Assembly (NCBI GenBank): GCA_002633005.1
Contig: NMRA01000658.1
Location: 148,251 to 206,629, forward strand
Direction: 5' to 3'
Origin: Phoronis australis
Lineage: Eukaryota > Animalia > Phoronida
DNA length: 58,379 nucleotides
The translations under genes and the position numbers were made by a program. The notes under the pieces were generated by a model that worked only from the letters and a program-made list of their open reading frames with translations, had not been told where the DNA came from and made no database searches. Positions 14,401-25,700 of the stretch are shown here, piece by piece (within the stretch, counting starts at the first letter, position 1; every line of letters starts with the position of its first letter).

Positions 14401-17400
14401 AAACAAAGGAAAACAGAACAAAATGAAATTGCCATTTGTGGGCACAGCATACGCCAGAAAGTCATCGTCTGTTATCTTCATATAAATTCACTTACTAAAT
14501 TTAATAAAGATCCTGCGGTGGGTTTTGGAGATACAGCTATGGGGGCAAACCAAAACAAAACTACCATTAGGAGGCGCCACAGTAGTCAGTCGCCATCATC
14601 AAACGTCCTCTTCACACTGAAAAAATATGCCAATTTTCAAAACTATCCCTAGAATGATTTGGTTGATCGAGGGTTGGACACCAAAAACAAGATTTGAAAA
14701 CAGCAAAAATGGCCACCAGGTGGCGCAAAATACCTCAATTCCATCCAAAAACAGGATGATAGCGTAACCACACCAATACATGCCTAATATATTCAAAATT
14801 TCATGAAAATCTGTTGAGGACCTTTGAAGATGCAGACTGGTAAATGTAAAAAACTAAAACTGCCACTAGGGGGAACACCAGTAGTCAGACCAGTCCAAAA
14901 GTTGTCGTCTATTGTCAACATCATATAAATACACTTGCTAAATTAAGTAAAAATCCTGCAAACGGTTTAATAGATATAGCGATGAGCACAGAAAAACAAA
15001 ACTGCCACTAGGAGGCGCCACAGTAGTCGAACTCATTGGAAAATCGTCGTTAGCCGTCCACTTCATAGTAAAAACATACATGCAAATTTTCACAATTATC
15101 CTGAAAGCGGTTTGGTTGATAGAGGGGTGGATGACTCAAAAACAGCAAAAATGGCCACCAGGTGGCGCAAACTAGGTCGAATCCATCTAAAAACGGAAAG
15201 ATAACGTCAACTTACCAACAGAAACTTATACACCCAATTTTATAAAAATACATTGAGGACCTTTGAAGATACAGAGGTAAACGTAAAAAAATAAAGTTGC
15301 CACTAGGTTGCACACCAGTAGTCAGATCTGTCCGAAAGTTGTTGTTGTCTGTTGTCATCATCATATAAATTCACTTATTAAATATAGTAAAGATCCTGCA
15401 CACGGTTTAGAAGATAGCGAAAGACGCAAAAAAACGAAACTGCCACTAGGAGGCGCCACAGTAGTCGAAGTTGTCGGAAAATCATCGTCAACCGTTCTCT
15501 TCATAGTAAGAACATAGTTTTTACATGCCAATTTTCACAATCATGCTTCGAGCGGTTTGGTTGATAGTGGGGTGGACGCCAAAAAAACAGACGCGAAAAC
15601 AGTAAAAATGGCCACTAGGTGGCGCAAACTACATCGAATCTATCCGAAAACGGGAGGATAATGTCGTCTCACTAATACATGCCTATATACCAAATTTTGT
15701 GAAAATATGTCGAGGACCTTTGAAGATACAGAGGTAAACGTAAAAAAAATAAAATTGCCACTAGGGGGCACAACGGTAGTCGGATCGGTCCGAAAGTTCG
15801 TTCATGTCGTCCCATTCATGAAAGGAACACATGTGCAAACTTTCATGAACATACGTCAATCGGTTTTGTAGACAGAGCAGCGGACGTCGGACGGGACACC
15901 GGACGGACACCAGACAGACGACGGACGGACCGAGATGACGGCATAATGCATCCACATATAAATATGTGGGCGCATAATAATTACAAAGGACGAGGTATTA
16001 CTAATCACTATAACAAAACATCAGCGAATAGAAATTAATGTCAAGTCCACCTGCTGCACTACTAAACACACAAAATCCTTTTAAAGCTGTGAATGCATTG
16101 AGTAAAAATTCTCAAACAATTGGGCAACGCAATGAGCGACTTCCGCTTTGAGCCAGTTTCTATAGCAACGATACCATCTCAAACATTCAACATTCAACAG
16201 GTTCTGACGGATTGAGCATTACTTTGATTACAACAAAATTCCTGCATTCATGGTTTATTTCAGCAAAATGGCGTGTGTTCAGACTGGACATAACCCTCAC
16301 CTTTTGCGAGGTCAATGTCATCACAAAGGTCAATCAGATGTTCCAACGCCTCCTCCCTTTCTTCAATCGAATGTTCATCGTCTTTCAACAACTTCACACA
16401 ACACTCCTTCATACGTTTGATCACGTCAACAGTCATGTGAGTCAATGCCTCCTGTAGCCATTTCCTTCTCTGCCAATAAAATACCAAGATAAGACTATTC
16501 GGAATAATACAAGTCCACAGCAAAACAATTTCCATGATTCCTTTTGAATGAAAATGAAAACAGGGGCTTCCAAAATAATTTCGTGAGAAGAAAATAAATT
16601 AAATAGCAAAAAATTGATCATAGTACACGCCAAAAGTATACAGACAAAATGACCCAGAATTCCGTCATGATGGTGGAAGCTGAACTCAACGTCAGAACAT
16701 CCTTCATTGGCGACCGAGAACAATGAGTGAGTTAAAGGGAAAGTTGGAAAAGTGGCTAAGCCATACTGTAATTAGAGATTTGTCACTATATTAGTGAATA
16801 CCTGTTGATGAACAGCAAGTATTCACTCTTATAGTGTCATAATTAGCCACCACGACCGAGAACAATGAGTGAGTTAAAAGGAAAGTTGGAAAAGTGGCTA
16901 AGCCATACTGTAATTAGAGATTTGTCACTATATTAGTGAATACCTGTAGCTCAACAGCAAGTATTCACTATTATAGTGTCATAGTTAGCCACCACGACCG
17001 AGAACAATGAGTGAGTTAAAAGGAAAGTTGGAAAAGTGGCTAAGCCATACTGTAATTAGAGATTTGTCACTATATTAGTGAATACCTGTTGATGAACAGC
17101 AAGTATTCACTATTATAGTGTCATAATTAGCCACCACGACCGAGAACAATGAGGGAGTTAAAAGGAAAGTTGGAAAAGTGGCTAAGCCATACTGTAATTA
17201 GAGATTTGTCACTATATTAGTGAATACCTGTTGATGAATAGCAAGTATTCACTATTATAGTGTCATAATTAGCCACCACGACCGAGAACAATGAGGGAGT
17301 TAAAGGGAAAGTTGGAAAAGTGGCTAAGCCATACTGTAATTAGAGATTTGTCACTATATTAGTGAATACCTGTTGATGAACAGCAGGTATTCACTATTAT

Positions 17401-18962
17401 AGTGTCATAATTAGCCACCACGACCGAGAACAATGAGGGAGTTAAAAGGAAAGTTGGAAAAGTGGCTAAGCCATACTGTAATTAGAGATTTGTCACTATA
17501 TTAGTGAATACCTGTTGCTGAACAGCAGGTATTCACTATTATAGTGTCATAATTAGCCGCCACGACCGAGAACAATGAGGGAGTTAAAAGGAAAGTTGGA
17601 AAAGTGGCTAAGCCATACTGTAATTAGAGATTTGTCACTATATTAGTGAATACCTGTTGCTGAACAGCAGGTATTCACTATTATAGTGTCATAATTAGCC
17701 ACCACGACAGGGAAATGGTGGTTTGTATGATTAGTTTTGCCCTGTACTGCACGTGGTAATACCGTGTTCAAATACCAACGGAGGTTTTGATGCAGTTATT
17801 TTCATTTTTGATCATGGATTACCCAACCATTGACCCGAAGGCTGTTCACAAAGGACATGAAAGGTCATGTAGTACCCTAAAAATGTTTCATTTTGGCCAA
17901 CTTCAGAACATTGCCTCTCAGAAATGGCCAATTGCATTCACATGGAACTTTCGGATACTACGCTTTATACACTCTTCTGCAAACAGCTGTTAGGAATTGG
18001 ATTTAAAATGTTCTACTTATGCACTAGAGGTCATCAGAAGCTAAGACTTAAAACAATAATTCAGTAACTGTAAGTCCACTTTTGAGAATTTAAATCTTGA
18101 TATCATTACGAAATTTTGTCATGTTATTGATTATGTTGTTTTCTTGAATGTACCTTTCTTTTTTAAAAGCAAAAAAATCATAGAAAAGCAAGGTCACATG
18201 ACCCAAGTAGTGGCACATTGGTCAAAATCAAATTCTACAGCTCTCAGAAAATGTATAATTTTGCCTACTTAGTAGTTAAATTCCATAGTTTTGTATCTGG
18301 CTAAATGTACAGACTTTTTGATAAGGTCCTACATAACCTTAAACATAACCTTAAATGTCCACTCATTCTAGTCTTTACTCTGGTTGTTTGCCTTCTACAA
18401 TAAAACATTGTAATGACATATTGTACAAGCATATTGTTGTATTGCATAAGCATTGTTGTGAAAAAATCGGGAACTGAGAACCATAAAGACATGGACAATC
18501 TGTGAAACGAGGATGCATCTTCGCTATTAAAAGTTATGGCTTGGAATGATCAATGACAGAAAAGAGGAACTTTTTCCAGGTGATGTATAGATCCACAAAC
18601 AAGTAGGCTTGTGTGCTAGAAATATTTTGGTGTTGCAAAATTTAACTGAAATAACATTTGTGCATAAATAAAGTCAAAATAATGATAAAAAGGGACAAAA
18701 AATGAGGAAACTGGGAATCAAATAAGAGGAAATCGCAACCAAAAAGAGGAAATGTTCTTAAAATAGGAGTTGAAAATGAATGGGAGATGCCTGTAAAAGA
18801 AAATTTAAACATTTCGCAGTCTTGTCTATATCAAACCTCTTCATCCATCTCTGAGAACTGTGATGCTTCTGTGTTATCATCAGCCTTGGTGGCTTCTAAG
18901 CAGAACTTCAGCAGGCCTTGCAGGTTTGGACTGTACCGCCTATCATCATCACCACTGGCCAT
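8468..18962 (-). CDS. HSPBP1: Hsp70-binding protein 1 (Fes1/HSPBP1 armadillo-type nucleotide exchange factor), 6 coding exons, 315 aa
   Basis: Exons 18962-18837 (MASGDDDRRYSPNLQGLLKFC...MDEE), 16469-16301 (RRKWLQEAL...LCDDIDLAK), 14075-13854 (DFQKIGG...LVQNNPYCQ...AIS), 12175-12026, 9492-9284 and 8539-8468 (EEMEYSKRL...ACR*). All junctions are GT-AG and phase-compatible; total 948 nt. Motifs LQGLL, RRxWLxEAL, DFxKIGG and QNNPYCQ are typical of HSPBP1. Confidence 0.93.
9840..10460 (+). mobile_element. 5'-truncated CR1/L2-group LINE 3' end
   Basis: ORF 9861-10160 (YKCVNGVAPAYL...YFTR...GERSFIYAAAAIWNCLSPEIK..SINTFK) is the typical C-terminal tail of CR1/L2-group ORF2, followed by a T-rich 3' UTR. 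Confidence 0.75.
11626..11697 (-). mobile_element. tRNA-derived SINE head
   Basis: The minus strand has A-box TGGCTCAGTGG and B-box-like GAATTCAAATCC at tRNA spacing, with no acceptor stem. Confidence 0.55.
11712..11833. repeat. 24-bp minisatellite x5
   Basis: Unit ATAGCTATCTAAACAGTGCTCAAT. Confidence 0.95.
12335..12760. other. Assembly gap (N 12376-12554) inside a polypurine G/A-rich low-complexity tract
   Basis: 179 N flanked by a G-run and GGGA repeats. Confidence 0.95.
14235..15980 (-). mobile_element. HINE/DINE-1-like element, copy 2 (HSPBP1 intron)
   Basis: Subterminal inverted pair ATGCGCCCAC (14252-14261) and GTGGGCGCAT (15966-15975); (GGAC)n microsatellite ~15880-15930; reverse complement of copy 1 with more internal units. 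Confidence 0.75.
16711..17707. repeat. 142-bp tandem array x7 (HSPBP1 intron)
   Basis: CGACCGAGAACAATGAG recurs at 16711, 16853, 16995, 17137, 17279, 17421 and 17563. Confidence 0.97.
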
Positions 18963-19537
18963 GATGAATAACTCGAGTGTGAGATCCTATAACAATTAGT
19001 ACCAATTATCAGTTCATAATGCTAAAAGTCAGCAATGTACACAATAGCAACATGACTCCCAACAAGCCAAAATGCTGCATGCCTTCACAGGCGTCCTCAG
19101 CTTCTGATCGCGTCCCCAATACACTACATATAATACTACAAGGTACGACACTCGGGACTATAAATTCCACGGGTGCTTCGATTCAGCCGTCCATATCAAC
19201 GACCCATAACTCAATAAATTTACACAAAACAGGGGTTCAACAAACCATGAGAAATTGTTTTTTTTTATAATACCATTCACGGTGTCCTGCTCCAGCGAGT
19301 TCACAAGAAATTCTCTGTCAAAGCATAAAAATGTTTCCAAAAAGCCCAAACACACTTCGCATTTTGATGGTTCGAGGTCAAGGACGGCACAGAAATTGCC
19401 TGCTTGTCACGTAAAGCCACAATGTCGATAACGCCGTGCATCCATAATTCATTGGTAATTTCCGTATGAATGTTTGCCATGCCATGGTTTTAAAGTGACC
19501 AGGTTTGACCAATATGGCTTTCCTAAAGACGACTTCA

Positions 19538-21731
19538 CAGGGCTTGATGCTATTAAAATCGCCAGGTCGCATTTTGCGACCTAGCCAAAATCCCAGGTTG
19601 CATTAATTTTTAAAATCCAGCTCGCATTCGTAAATGCCAGGTCGCAAAATTTTCCCGCCATTTTTACGCGCCAAAATAAATTTTTTTAGATCATCGAGAA
19701 AATGTTTAGATTATGATCTTACCTGCAGCGTTAAATACTCACAAATTTCGGATCTCAAAATTGACTTCATTCATGCAGGTACGGCCTTACTGTTCTTCAC
19801 GACCGCCATTAAAAGACTCTAGAGCGCCAAGGCAAGTTGCCGACGTGAAATTTGAATCAGTGCTCTCTAACTGACATGTGCATTCGAGTAGCTAAATTTG
19901 CGATGTGAAAAGGGAGAAAATGCCCGTTGAAAAAGTATCCGGGATTTTGTTAGATCTGGCCTGCTACTGGCTGTTATCAAAGTCGTTAACGATTCAAACT
20001 AACTCGGGTAATGGCGAGTTTGCTCCTCAATACCTTCCAAGTACGGGAAAAATACTAGTAGGTCAGTCACAAAACGACACGCATGTCACTAGTGTTAACT
20101 TTCTTTCCGAGGTATAAAACAAAGCTGGGATTTGGTTTTTCATATTGTGAAAAGACGTTTTTGAAAACTGAAGTTGTGTAAAATGAAAGTGACACACCAT
20201 ATAAGCTGCGTGTCAATCTTAAACCACCCGCGGTCGTTTGTAGTGCGCTGTGATGGACGCTAGCTTGAACTGTGGGCGCTTAATTGGAAATTCTCAAAAT
20301 TTAAGGGGGGACTTTTAAAAGATCAGTGAGCGCTTATTATGAAACACTTTAAAGGTAGGGAGTAGGCTTGTGCGTGAGCATAGTCGTTAACCTCAGTTTT
20401 TGTGGTAATAAGATATTAAAACGCTGCAATGGTAAGAAACGTTATAATACGATTTTGTGAGGCAAACTCCATCTTTCTGACTTTCTGGATATCGTTACCA
20501 CCTACATTGTACCCTTTTTAGCCACCCGGAATGATTTTGTTTTTAACTGCTCGCTTCAGCCAGAACAAGGTTGTTTCTATAGGAGTCTGAACATTTTACG
20601 GCGACGGTGGTTCGGGGAGCGAAAAGTTGCTGGGGGGATGTATAAAGAGAAGAATGGAAAGTTCGCTAACTTGAACCACAATTTCGCATCTAGTTCCCGT
20701 TTAGTTGCAATAGCTGGCTACGGGCATAGAGTACAGGGTTTTCAGAATATCGACCTCGGGAAACATCGGAACAGGAAAACGTCAGTTCTGGGTTATATCG
20801 GTCCCGGACATCGGGTCTTTTGTAACTGCTGGGAATCTGAGTTCATTTTCAAATAAACCAGAGCCAAGACGGTATACTCTTTCATTTGGGACTGTCGCTG
20901 TTCTTTGAAGTGGTGCGCACGCGTGAGTTCACGCACTTGAATTGCTGGAGTAGGCCAACACTTTACGTTGGCAACAACGTGTGAAAGACAAATCATATTT
21001 TGCACACGTAGCCCCAGAAACAAGTAAAGGGTTTGAGAATTTCTTGGCAACTGAAAGTAAAGACGTGACCGTCGTTTGGTAATTAATAAGGTTGTCATTT
21101 TCACTTTGGTTGTCTTAATACGATAAAAAGGAGAAGCACATCTCAGTCTAAGTCACGATTGTCTGCCGGGACCGCTTGCGCACTAACGGTGCCGCAGTGC
21201 GATATCAGGGATATTGTCGTGGATATTTGGTACATGTAATAAGGACATCTTATGTGAAAAATCTAATTTTTGTCCACCACAAAGTTTGGTAAGTTGATCG
21301 CTTAAGAATTAGTAGAAGCACCGTTGTTTTGTGAAGTTTTATCACGTGTTAAGCAGTGGCCCGAAACTTTCTTTGTCTTTGGCGAATTTGGTAATTTACA
21401 AAAGTGGCCGAAAGTGTTAGCCAATGAAACGCGTCAAAGATCGATTCTGCATATTCCATGTTCACGCGACTTGCTTACAAGTCATCGGGAGGGCTGTTCT
21501 CGGTTAGTGTTCTTTTGAACTTGGATTTGGCAACAACCAAATAACAGTCGGATTAACAAGAGCTGCTTTGTATTTGCCAGGTATCTGTTGAGAAGTGTAA
21601 AAACTGAGCTCGCATTCGTTGGAAATTCCAGGTCGCATTTTGCGACTTGATACGAGCTGACAAAAATCTCAGCTCGCATTTCAAAATTTCAGGTCGCAAA
21701 TGCGACCTGCAGCTCGTTATGTCGAACCCTG
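19538..21731. mobile_element. Non-autonomous TIR DNA transposon, copy A (~2.19 kb; hAT-like termini, 5-bp TSD, hAT5-like)
   Basis: Termini CAGGGCTTGA...TCGAACCCTG; TSD CTTCA at 19533-19537 and 21732-21736; subterminal GGTCGCA/GCTCGCA repeats; no transposase ORF. Confidence 0.85.
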
Positions 21732-22191
21732 CTTCATTTTATGAGCCTTTTGTCATTCATTAAATTGCTAAAAAAATATACGTGCTTTCTCCCTTCATCT
21801 GCAATCCATGACCATTGCTGGAGTCTAGACAGGTTTGATCGTGAACTTCTACCCAGGCAGTATCTACTGACATGTTGTAATAATGTGGAGTCGGTTGGCC
21901 AAGAGGACACACAAGTTCGGGCCTATTAACACGGTGCAAGAGAACAATCTGGAGGATACTCACATTGCGTCCGCACAGGACGGCAGCGAACTCCAGAAGG
22001 CCCAGACGATCTTGTCACGTGGTCTCGATGGTTGACTCGTCACGTGATCGGAGTATGACCTCGGCTGGGCTCTTCTGGCGTTAGATGTCGCACCAGGCCA
22101 AGACCAACATTGACACGAAAAGGACATCACAACATAGAGACGCCACAGCCGAGACTAACGTCGACATTTACTACAGACATTACTGTGTATG

Positions 22192-22273
22192 AGCACAGGT
22201 ACCTTTAAGTAGCCCTCTACAATATAATATATTATATTGTAGAGGGCTACTTAGTCTTAACGGTGCCTGTGCT
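22192..22273. repeat. Foldback with a perfect 48-bp palindrome core
   Basis: TAAGTAGCCCTCTACAATATAATA|TATTATATTGTAGAGGGCTACTTA (22206-22253), with outer arms AGCACAGGTACC / GGTGCCTGTGCT. Confidence 0.95.
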
Positions 22274-22379
22274 GTGATATGACTGAGTGAAGACGGCGTT
22301 GCGGATGCGCCAAATAATAGCAGGGAATTACAAGAAAAGGCAAGGCTGGCGCTGCTTTAAGGAATCTTTGCTGTAAACC

Positions 22380-22777
22380 ACACCTACCAAGAGTACCAAC
22401 GCGCTAACAACAACACAGATGTTTACTGAGAACCGTTGGTTTCTGTAATGCAAGCTTTCTCGAAACTTCTCCAGCTTCTCCTGTGAGCTTTATAACTCCT
22501 CCTGTTGACAAAAACACGGCGTTACCGTAAAGTGACGTGAACGACAATTGATTTAAAAAGTTAAGTTGGATACGTTTTAATGCATATTTTTACGAAATCA
22601 ATCATTATAAAATACGGACTATTCGTGTATTATTTTTTGTCTTAAAAGTTTATTTGCTCGAAACTCTGAAAACGGCTCTCGAAGAGTTAACGAGCGTGTT
22701 AGAAGGTCAAGGTCACACATGAACAACAAACGCAAGCTGGGGATGAAAGTAAATTTTGCGAAGTTAACCTGCACGTA
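22380..22777. promoter_or_regulatory. Shared bidirectional promoter of HSPBP1 and SAMM50, with an inferred HSPBP1 5' exon
   Basis: SAMM50 ATG is at 22778. The HSPBP1 ATG exon starts after an acceptor AG (18988-18987), implying an upstream exon; a candidate minus-strand donor G|GTAGGT lies at 22388/22387. Also present: HSE TTCtcGAAacTTC 22457-22469, minus-strand TATAAA ~22489-22494, TCAAGGTCA 22707-22715. Confidence 0.55.
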
Positions 22778-25700
22778 ATGGGTGCTGTGCATGCAAAGGT
22801 ATACAGAATTGGCAAATGTTTCTTGTAATAGATTTATGCTTCAATAGAAGCGATCATACAATCAGTAAAGCTTTAGCAACGAATTTCCTTGACTGATACC
22901 TGCCAGTCAGCCCAGACCAGTCGGAAACCAGTGCCACTCACGACATGTGCTGGTTATTCAAGGAAATTTGGAGTGTTGTACGTTCACAGTTGTTTCAAAA
23001 TTTATAACACACATTCATGCTAGTTGTTCTTTTCATGGGTCTTTCCTTCACAACAAAGAAATCTGTCCGGCACTTCCAAAAATATGACTCCGTCTTTTTC
23101 CACTTCTGCCGCAAGGAACCTTCAGAGACTAGTCTAATCTCACTTCCAAATGTCATGAATTGAAAATTAGGTCAAAAGGTTAACTTTTAACGTCTTATCT
23201 CTCGTACGGCATTAACTTTTGCGGCAGAGGTGCTGTTGATAAAATGGTGTAGGGAATGAAGATTGTTTTCTGGAACGTCCTGTATTGCTGCATACAGTGA
23301 TACACTACCTTAAATGAATTTGTCACTCTTGCTCATGACTTTTTCTCTGAGATCTGCTCTTGTGAAAACTGCTATGGATGCCTACACACTCCGTAACATG
23401 TATGTGCACTTTTGTATTTATATTTATGTTTAAGTTCTGTATATTCTCCGTACTGTAGAATTAGCTAGTACTTTAGTTCTGTTCATTTTGTAGATTTTAA
23501 ATTTGTCGGATAATAGTAGCACTTGTGCTAACGTTTCATTGTTAAAGCTCACCGACTTTTAAATAAAGATTATTACTACTACTAGACTGCCAACTTCTTT
23601 CACGACCAGATGTTTTCTGTGTTGGTTAGTATCTGGCATTGTTGATGGAAATATCGGCAATGTGGAGACACAGATTCCACAAGTGTGGGGATGGTCGTGG
23701 TAGTATAGTTGGGGGTTACCCGGTTCTTGGTTGAACGGTAGATTGTTGGCTGACAAGGTAGCAACAGCAAGTCGATGGAGAGCAGCATAAAAACTAACAC
23801 AGTTGTTGAGTTTCTACTGACACACAAAGTTTATTAACTCTAGCTACAATATATATAGTGAATAGAAATATGTGTGGGTTGTGAGTGCAAAACAACAACA
23901 ATATTGAGAGTTCCGGTGATTTCATCCAACTCATAAACATGAATGGAGTCTGGACAGCTGTTTGGCATATAGGGTTTCACTATGAGTGGGCACTGGTCAG
24001 TGACATAGTAAACAACAACACAAGATGTCCGAAATTGTTATATAACATAAACTGTTTTGTTGGGATAGTTGTACGTCATAGGAAATGATGAAATTTGCAC
24101 TTAATTAACTTCATGAGAATTCATGACAATTGTGTTTTGGTTTATTTAGGCCTTGCACCTACTACATGCAGGGCTCGACATAACGAGCTGCAGGTCGCAT
24201 TTGCGACCTGAAATTTGGAAATGCGAGCTGAGATTTTTGTGAGCTCGTATCAAGTCGCAAAATTCGACCTGGAATTTCCAACGAATGCGAGCTGAGTTTT
24301 TACACTTCTCAACAGCTACCTGACAAATACAAAGCAGCTCTTGTTAATCCGACCGTTAATTGGTTGTTGCCAATCCAAGTTCAAAAGAACATTAACCGAG
24401 AACAGCCCTCCCGATGACTTGCAAGCAAGTCGCGTGAACATGGGATATGCAGAATCGATCTTTGACGCCTTTCATTGGCTAACACTTTAGGCCACTTTTG
24501 TAAATTCCCGGATTCGCCGAAAAAAGTTTCGGGCCACTGCTTTTAAGCAGTGTTAAAACACGTGATAAAACTCCACAAAACAACGGTGTTTCTTCTAATT
24601 CTTAAGCGATCAACTTACCAAACTTTGTGGTGGACAAAAATGTTTATTTTTCACATAAGATGTCCTTATTACATGTACCAAATATCCACGACAATATCCC
24701 TGATATCGCACCGGCTGCGGTACCGTTAGCGCGCAAGCGGTCCCGGCAGACAATCACGACTGAGATGTGCTTCTCCTTTTCGTATTAAGACAGCCAAAGT
24801 GAAAATGACAACCTTATTAATCGCCAAACGACGGTCACGTCTTTACTTTCAGTTGCCAAGAAATTCTCAAACCCTTTACTTGTTTCTGGGGAAACGTGCG
24901 CGAAATATGATTTGTCTTTCACACGTTGTTGCCAACTTACTCCAGCGATTCAAGTGCGTGAACTCACTCGTGCGCACCACTTCAAAGAGCAGCGACAGTC
25001 CTAAATGAAAGAGTATACCGGCTTGGCTCTGGTTTATTTGAAAATTAACTGAGATTCCCAGCGGTTATAAAAGACCCGATGTCCCGGGACCGATATAACC
25101 CAGAATTGACGTTTTCCTGTTCCGATGTTTCCCAAGGTCGATGTTCTGTAAACCCTGTATTCTATGCCCGTAGCCAGCTATTGCAACCACTAGATGCGAA
25201 ATTGTGGTTCCAGTTAGCGAACTTTTCATTCTTCTCTTTATACACCCCCCCCCCCGGCAACTTTTCGCTCCCCGAACCACCGTCGCCGTAAAATGTTCAG
25301 ACTCCTATAGGAACAACCTTGTTCCGGCTGAAGCGAAAGTTAAAAACAATATCATTCCGGATGGCTAAAAAGGGTACAATGTAGGTGGTAACGATATCCA
25401 GAAAGTCACCCCTACTAGATGGAGTTTGCCTCGCAAAATCAAATTATTATAACGTTTCTTACCATTGTAGCGTTTTAATATCTTATTACCGCAAACACTG
25501 ATGTTAACAACTATGCTCACGCACAAGCCTACTCCCTACCTTTAAAGTGTTTCACAATAAGCGCTCACTGATCTATTAAAAGTCCCCCCTTAAATTCTGA
25601 GAATTTCCAATTAAGCGCCCACAGTTCAAGATAGCGCCCATCATAGTGCACTACAAACGACCACGTGTGGTTTAAGATTGACACGCAGCTTATATGGTGT

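Noticed and set aside
16711-17707. CRISPR-like or RNA-gene array
   Set aside because: Whole units are near-identical with no unique spacers, there are no cas genes, the context is a eukaryotic intron, and no tRNA or 5S features are present.
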